Shown here: piece by piece, positions 57,339 through 64,000 of the stretch | How positions within the stretch are numbered: the first letter of the stretch is position 1 | How the letters are laid out: each line of letters starts with the position of its first letter | Source of the DNA: Gammaproteobacteria bacterium | GTDB lineage: Bacteria > Pseudomonadota > Gammaproteobacteria > Thiohalomonadales > Thiohalomonadaceae | Direction of reading: 5' to 3' | Assembly: GCA_041685045.1 (NCBI GenBank) | Contig: JAWLGP010000004.1 | Location: 114,065 to 178,064, forward strand | DNA length: 64,000 nucleotides | Translations under genes and position numbers: made by a program | Notes under the pieces: generated by a model | Seen by the model: the letters and a program-made list of their open reading frames with translations, nothing else | Database searches by the model: none | Told to the model about the DNA's origin: nothing

Positions 57339-58616
57339 ATGTCCAGCAATAGCCGAAAGTCTGCCGCCTCCAATGGCCGGCTCAATCTCGAACAGCAACG
57401 CAAGCGCGCCAAGGAACTGCTGAAAGCGGCCAAGGCCGGCGACCCGCAGGCGCTATTGCGGTTCTCCCGGCCGAACATGTCTCCACCCTGCGCCCTTAAA
57501 TTGGTCGACGCCCAGCGGGTCATCGCCCGGGAGAATGGTTTCGGGAGTTGGGCACGCATGAAACATCACATCGAGGCGGTGGCGTTCGCCCGCCGCAATA
57601 CTGGCCTCGAGGGGGATCGCTCGCTACCGACGGTCCACATCCGTTGCGGCTCGGATATCCGTAACGGGCTGACGATCGCCGGCCTTGAGGGCCGATTTCT
57701 GGAGTTTGCCGACCCGTTTTGTGTGGGGCCGGTCCCGGCACTCCCGATCCAGGAGCATATCGCCGGTCGTGCGGCATTCGTTTCCGCGGCTTTCGGCCTT
57801 GCGCCAGCGGACGCACTCGCCCGCATGAAACGCGAATACACGGCGTTGGAAACACTGCGTGACTTCCGGCGGATCGTCCTCTGGTTCGAACACGACAGCT
57901 ACGATCAGCTCATCCTCGCCTACCTGCTCCGGCACCTTGGCGCGGCCGGGCTCGACGCACAGATCGAGCTGATCGCCGTCGACGATGTACCAGGCGTGGA
58001 GCGCTTCATCGGCATAGGCCAGCTCGCCCCCGAATTGCTCGCCTGGTTGTGGGAAAGCCGCATTCCGCTTGGTGAGAGCCAGTTCGAACTCGGGTCAAGG
58101 GTTTGGCAGGCGGTTACCGCCCCGACACCCGAGCCGCTGTATCATATCGCCCGCGCCGGCACACCGGAGATCCCGTTAATGGCCCCGGCCCTGCTGCGCC
58201 ACTTGTGCGAGCTGCCCGACCGGCGGACAGGGCTTGGCCTCACAGAGCGCCTGATCCTGGAGATCGTACGCGAGAAAGGGCCGCTGCCCCTCGGCCGTGT
58301 TTATAGTGAGTTGATGCGTGAACGTGAGCCGCTCCCGTATCTGGGAGACGCCATGTTCCACTGGGTCGCACGAGAGTTGGCGGATGGAGACGCCCCGTTG
58401 CTCCAGATCGCGGCCGTACCGGATGGGGAGTTTTGGTTTCACGATGAAACCCGCCTGACTCACAGCGGCGAGCGCGTGCTTGAAGCCCGACTCAATCGCC
58501 TCGACCTTACGCCGCCTACGCGCTGGATCGGTGGTGTGCAGATCGCGGCCGGCAACGATTGTTGGTGCTGGGACGAACAAGGCGATCGCCCCATATGGCG
58601 ACCCGCTGGGAGTTGA
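57339..58616 (+). CDS. DUF1835 / DUF3658-like protein with N-terminal helical extension
   Basis: VHIRCGSDIRNGL...FADPFCVGPVP...IVLWFEHDSYDQLILAYLL is the DUF1835 pattern. Confidence 0.72.
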   Translation: MSSNSRKSAASNGRLNLEQQRKRAKELLKAAKAGDPQALLRFSRPNMSPPCALKLVDAQRVIARENGFGSWARMKHHIEAVAFARRNTGLEGDRSLPTVHIRCGSDIRNGLTIAGLEGRFLEFADPFCVGPVPALPIQEHIAGRAAFVSAAFGLAPADALARMKREYTALETLRDFRRIVLWFEHDSYDQLILAYLLRHLGAAGLDAQIELIAVDDVPGVERFIGIGQLAPELLAWLWESRIPLGESQFELGSRVWQAVTAPTPEPLYHIARAGTPEIPLMAPALLRHLCELPDRRTGLGLTERLILEIVREKGPLPLGRVYSELMREREPLPYLGDAMFHWVARELADGDAPLLQIAAVPDGEFWFHDETRLTHSGERVLEARLNRLDLTPPTRWIGGVQIAAGNDCWCWDEQGDRPIWRPAGS

Positions 58617-58618
58617 GA

Positions 58619-59494
58619 CTACTTGTCAGGGGCCTTCCCACCACTAAAGATCCCATACAGCTCGGCAAACGCGAGCAGCAGGAAGTAAAGCGCCCCCATG
58701 GCCACGGCCTGTTGCGGCTCCCGTTCCCACAACCCGTCACCGCCCGACCCCGAAATGGCCGCGAGTCGGGGTACCGGGATGAACACGGAACCGAAGGCCA
58801 GTAGCAGGTAGAACAGCGCCGAGAGGCTCCAACGTGCCAGATGTTCCTGCTTACGCTGTTCGGCATCCCGCACCGGCGCGAGCCAATCGGCAAGATACTT
58901 GTTCGCCATCAAGCCCCAGAAGCCCACAAACAGCCAAACCGAGTGGAACGCCGCGCCAATGCCGGCGGCAAAAAGGGAGTAGAGAACGAGGAGCCCGGCG
59001 GTAATCATCCGCGGCGTACTCCACCACTTACCCCTTTCCACTTGCTTGAGGACCTGCTCCGACCCGACCGCCAGCATGATGGACGCATGGATGATAACGA
59101 ACTCGAGGACCATGATGCCCACCAGCAGCCCCGCCGACTCTCGACCGAGAACATCCGGAGCGGCCCAGCCCACGATGAACCAGCCGGCCATGGCGAAATC
59201 GGGCAGTGAAGCGATCGCCCCACGCCAGGTAACCCGCGCCTTCGCGCCCGCCACCAGCAGCCAAGCTCGTGCCCCCACGAACGCCAGCACCACCCCGGCA
59301 CCCACGCGGCCCAACACCTCCACGGAAAGTTCCGCGTCGGCGCCGAACAGGTGATGGAGGGATCGCGCAGTCAGAACAACGCTCGCCTCGATCAGCGCGA
59401 ACCCCAGAACAAGACCGACGAACATCCCAAGGGCGCCTCGAGCGGTCGCTGACTCCTCGGCTTTGCCTTTGTGTTTAGTGTGTGCGTGACTCAC
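58619..59494 (-). CDS. Hypothetical polytopic membrane protein
   Basis: 291 aa with about 8 hydrophobic segments, convergent with and 2 nt from the previous gene. No motif recognised. Confidence 0.6.
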   Translation of the reverse strand: MSHAHTKHKGKAEESATARGALGMFVGLVLGFALIEASVVLTARSLHHLFGADAELSVEVLGRVGAGVVLAFVGARAWLLVAGAKARVTWRGAIASLPDFAMAGWFIVGWAAPDVLGRESAGLLVGIMVLEFVIIHASIMLAVGSEQVLKQVERGKWWSTPRMITAGLLVLYSLFAAGIGAAFHSVWLFVGFWGLMANKYLADWLAPVRDAEQRKQEHLARWSLSALFYLLLAFGSVFIPVPRLAAISGSGGDGLWEREPQQAVAMGALYFLLLAFAELYGIFSGGKAPDK

Positions 59495-59835
59495 GTTGCG
59501 CTAAATCGAACGATTGCTGTACTCAAAGGTGGTTCATTTACGGGCCGGTCACAGCCCCCCAAACCCGCCCACCAACGCGGTGGCACCCATTATCCCTCTG
59601 ACTCATCAACGAGCCAACGGAGTTCAGATGTGGCAACCTGAGGACATTGGGGTCTTAATCTACCGCTATCGCACTGCGCCCCTGAACGTCCTTGAGAGGC
59701 TCTCACGCCCGGAACAGCGGATGCCCCGGCGCAGCCGAACAGCTCGCTATCGAGCAGTCGCTGCCAATGGGAGCCTCCGGGGTAAGGCCGAGTGTCGGCA
59801 GGTGATCAAAAGCGGATTGAGGTGAAAGGAAAATC

Positions 59836-60360
59836 ATGGCCCGTAACGTCGAGATCCGTCCGGAACGCCCGACCGATATCGACGCCATCTCCCGCATCAC
59901 GGAGTTGGCGTTCAGGTCACACCCGTACAGCGAACAGACCGAGCAGTTCATCATCGAGGCACTGCGCCGAAGTGGCGCACTGACTGTTTCACTGGTGGCG
60001 GTACTGGATGCGCAAGTCGTAGGGCACATCGCGTTCTCGCCGGTGTCGTTCTCGGATGGCTCAACGGACTGGTATGGGCTCGGGCCACTGTCGGTGTCGC
60101 CTGAGTTCCAGCGCCGGGGTATCGGGCAGGCATTGGTTCGTGCAGGGCTTTCGGAGTTACGAGCCCTTGGGGCCAAAGGTTGCGTGCTGGTCGGCGACCC
60201 CGGGTTTTACGGGCGCTTCGGGTTCCGCAGTGACCCGTGCTGCACTTTCGACGGCGTGCCCCAGCAGTTTGTGTTATCGCTTCCTCTCGACGGCAATGCG
60301 CAGGCTTGCGGCAGGGTCATCCACCATGCCGCATTTGCCGCTCGTGGTCCGAAGACATAG
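59836..60360 (+). CDS. GNAT-family N-acetyltransferase
   Basis: 174 aa. VSPEFQRRGIGQALVRAGL (motif A), ...VLVGDPGFYGRFGF. Confidence 0.85.
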   Translation: MARNVEIRPERPTDIDAISRITELAFRSHPYSEQTEQFIIEALRRSGALTVSLVAVLDAQVVGHIAFSPVSFSDGSTDWYGLGPLSVSPEFQRRGIGQALVRAGLSELRALGAKGCVLVGDPGFYGRFGFRSDPCCTFDGVPQQFVLSLPLDGNAQACGRVIHHAAFAARGPKT

Positions 60361-60517
60361 AAAGCGTTTGTCACCGATCTCCCTTCCTGGAAAGCCCAAC
60401 CCTTCAAGCGAGCTTGCCTATCCTGTTTAGAAGCCGGGCAGCTTTTCGCCGCCCCAGACCAGAACCACGGCAGCCAAAGGTGCCGTCCTGAGGGACATAC
60501 CAGGTGAAGCCGCTTGA

Positions 60518-61951
<1,434 letters not shown>

Positions 61952-61973
61952 ACCGCGACCTAAGGGCCCGGGC

Positions 61974-63368
61974 ATGAATCGGACACCGGGGATCGAATTG
62001 CCGCCCGCTAAGGTGGTGATCGAGCCCTTTCGCATCAAGACGGTCGAGCCGATCCCGCTCCTCAGCCCCGGGGAGCGGGCCACCCGCATCGAGCGGGCCC
62101 ACTACAACCTATTCCGTCTCGATGCCGAGCATGTCACCTTCGATCTCCTCACCGACAGCGGCACCGCCGCCATGTCCGCGAACCAGTGGGCCGGCATGAT
62201 GGCGGGGGACGAGTCCTATGCAGGGGCGCGGAGCTTTCGGCGCTTCGAGCGGGTCGTCCAGGAGCTGACCGGTAAACCCCACGTCATCCCCACCCATCAG
62301 GGGCGCTCCGCCGAGGCGCTGCTGATGAAGGCCCTGGTCCGCCCCGGACAAATCGTGCCGGGCAACACCCACTTCGACACCACCCGCGCCAACATCGAGT
62401 CTGTGGGCGCAACGGCACTCGACCAGCAACAGGCCGAGGCCGATCCGCATTTCCCCGGAAACCTCGACTTGGCCGCCCTCGAGCAGACCCTGGAGACGGA
62501 AGCCGCGCGTGTTCCGCTGGTCATCCTGACCATCACCAACAACTCGGCGGGCGGTTTGCCCGTGTCCGCCGCCAATATCCGCCAGACCAAGGCGTTGCTG
62601 AAGGCGTACGGCATCCCGCTGTTCATCGACGCCGCCCGCTTTGCCGAGAACGCTTACTTCATCAAACAACGTGAACACGGTTACCGCAATCGTACAGTCG
62701 AACAGATCGCCCAGGAGATCTTCGAGCAGGCCGATGGCGTACTGATGAGCGCCAAGAAAGACGCCTTTGGCAACATCGGGGGCTTCCTGGCACTGAGCGA
62801 TGAGGCGCTGACGGAATCAATCCGCACCCAGATGGTCGTCACCGAGGGGTTCCCGACCTACGGCGGCCTGGCAGGGCGCGATTTGGAGGCGCTGGCGATC
62901 GGATTGAAGGAGATCCTCGACGAGTCGTACCTGGCATACCGCGTCCGCTCGGTGGAGTATTTCGGCCAGGGGATCGAACAGGCCGGCTATCCGGTGCTCA
63001 AGCCGTTCGGTGGACACGCGGTCTACATCGATGCCGGCCGGGCGCTCCCCCACCTGGATGCCGGACAGTTTCCGGGCCAGGCCCTGGCGGTCGCGCTCTA
63101 CCAGAGTATCGGCATGCGTACGGTCGAGATCGGTTCGGTCATGTTCGGCCGACAGGATACCGCGACGGGCCGGGAAATCCCCGCCCGCCATGAACTGCTC
63201 CGCCTGGCCATGCCCCGGAGGGTCTATACCCAAAGCCACATCGACTACATGGTGGAAATGATGGCGCATCTGCGACCCCACCTGGCGAGTCTGCCCGGCT
63301 ACCGACTCACCTATCAGGCGAAGGTGCTGCGCCACTTCACTGCTAAGTTTCGTCCGTTCACGAGCTGA
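61974..63368 (+). CDS. tnaA: Beta-eliminating lyase, tryptophanase type
   Basis: 464 aa with PLP lysine SAKKD. It carries TnaA-type discriminators relative to E. coli TnaA: HFDTTR (Asp), MRTVEIGSVMFGR (VEIG), LRHFTAKF (His). Confidence 0.82.
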   Translation: MNRTPGIELPPAKVVIEPFRIKTVEPIPLLSPGERATRIERAHYNLFRLDAEHVTFDLLTDSGTAAMSANQWAGMMAGDESYAGARSFRRFERVVQELTGKPHVIPTHQGRSAEALLMKALVRPGQIVPGNTHFDTTRANIESVGATALDQQQAEADPHFPGNLDLAALEQTLETEAARVPLVILTITNNSAGGLPVSAANIRQTKALLKAYGIPLFIDAARFAENAYFIKQREHGYRNRTVEQIAQEIFEQADGVLMSAKKDAFGNIGGFLALSDEALTESIRTQMVVTEGFPTYGGLAGRDLEALAIGLKEILDESYLAYRVRSVEYFGQGIEQAGYPVLKPFGGHAVYIDAGRALPHLDAGQFPGQALAVALYQSIGMRTVEIGSVMFGRQDTATGREIPARHELLRLAMPRRVYTQSHIDYMVEMMAHLRPHLASLPGYRLTYQAKVLRHFTAKFRPFTS

Positions 63369-63568
63369 CCCCTCCCTCACGCCTCATCTGCGGCCCCGCG
63401 CCCGTTCGTGCATTTGCCCATCCTCTTACGCGGTACGGTTTGCAGGAAATTGGGTCTATTTTTGAGCAAAGGAGTTTCTTCTCCAAGACTGACGAAGGCG
63501 ATCGCCTTAAGAGCTCCTTGCTGAATTCGAAAACCGGGGCTGGAAGATCTTTCAGGGAGGAGGGATCA

Positions 63569-64000
63569 ATGTATCGGCCTTTGTCGCATCTCGTTTTTCT
63601 CGTCTCTTTCGGATTCGCGTTCGCGCCTAACGCTCAGGCCGCGGAAATGCGCTGGAATCTCAACGACGTGAGTTACCTGTTCCCAATCCCACGCGGTCAG
63701 GACCAGAAAGCCGATTTTCTTCTCCACCCGGACAAGGCAGGACGCCAGGGAGTCCTCCTGCCCGGCGCCGTCCGCCAGCAAATTCCAACGCTTCTCAATC
63801 ACGGCAACGGCAATCAAACCCTGTTTGATCAACATCATGTTCGTCTCGTGAGCGTGAGAGTCGATCCTTGCCCCAGTCTCAATCAACAATCCTGTACCCC
63901 GGAAGTGAGGATGGTGTGGCAGCCGGTGCAATTTGACGGATACGACGAGAAATGGACCGTCCGCGATGCCGCGATTCATTCCGTTCACGAACTGTCAATC
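63569..64000 (+). CDS. Secreted hypothetical protein, N-terminal part (runs off right edge)
   Basis: My own translation gives MYRPLSHLVFLVSFGFAFAPNAQA|AEMRWNLNDVSYLFPIPRG..., 144 codons with no stop to the window end. GGAGGAGGG RBS lies 5 nt upstream. It is not in the ORF track because it has no stop. Confidence 0.6.
   Translation, partial: MYRPLSHLVFLVSFGFAFAPNAQAAEMRWNLNDVSYLFPIPRGQDQKADFLLHPDKAGRQGVLLPGAVRQQIPTLLNHGNGNQTLFDQHHVRLVSVRVDPCPSLNQQSCTPEVRMVWQPVQFDGYDEKWTVRDAAIHSVHELSI

Noticed and set aside
63566-63988. 140-aa minus-strand ORF at the right edge
   Set aside because: The opposite strand has a strong RBS, a textbook signal peptide and an open frame to the window end. The minus ORF lacks both an RBS and any motif.

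Overview
This is a GC-rich bacterial chromosomal segment. The left end shows gammaproteobacterial (Pseudomonas-like) core synteny: tsf (partial) and rpsB sit divergent from map-glnD, followed by dapC-dapD-yffB-dapE, tsaB and a YoaA/DinG-family helicase. The rest is mixed core and accessory DNA, and it is unusually rich in signalling genes. These include four sensor kinases (one with a degenerate N-terminal receiver, one a MASE1 hybrid with an Hpt domain), a NarL-type regulator, a response regulator fused to a thioredoxin-reductase-like flavoprotein that has no CxxC, a membrane class III nucleotidyl cyclase, and an FNR-type regulator next to NorE/COX-III-like genes. There are also envelope genes (a CAP/PR-1 protein, two GT2 glycosyltransferases, a YiiX-like permuted NlpC/P60 enzyme, two DUF1566 lipoprotein-like genes), a TonB-receptor / BNR-propeller / thioredoxin-fold operon, and a tandem pair of beta-eliminating lyases that I read as tyrosine phenol-lyase followed by tryptophanase. 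I saw no rRNA, tRNA, CRISPR array, transposase, integrase or phage genes. At least four families of hairpin-forming intergenic repeats are present, two of them with GTAG...CTAC REP-type ends. The most unusual candidate system is a translationally coupled operon at 26237-27694: Roadblock/LC7, a mini-GNAT, and a CHC2 zinc finger fused to a second Roadblock domain, with no GTPase or primase catalytic partner nearby. All calls come from reading the sequence and the translated ORF track. No database search was run, so family names are pattern recognition and need HMM or BLAST confirmation.
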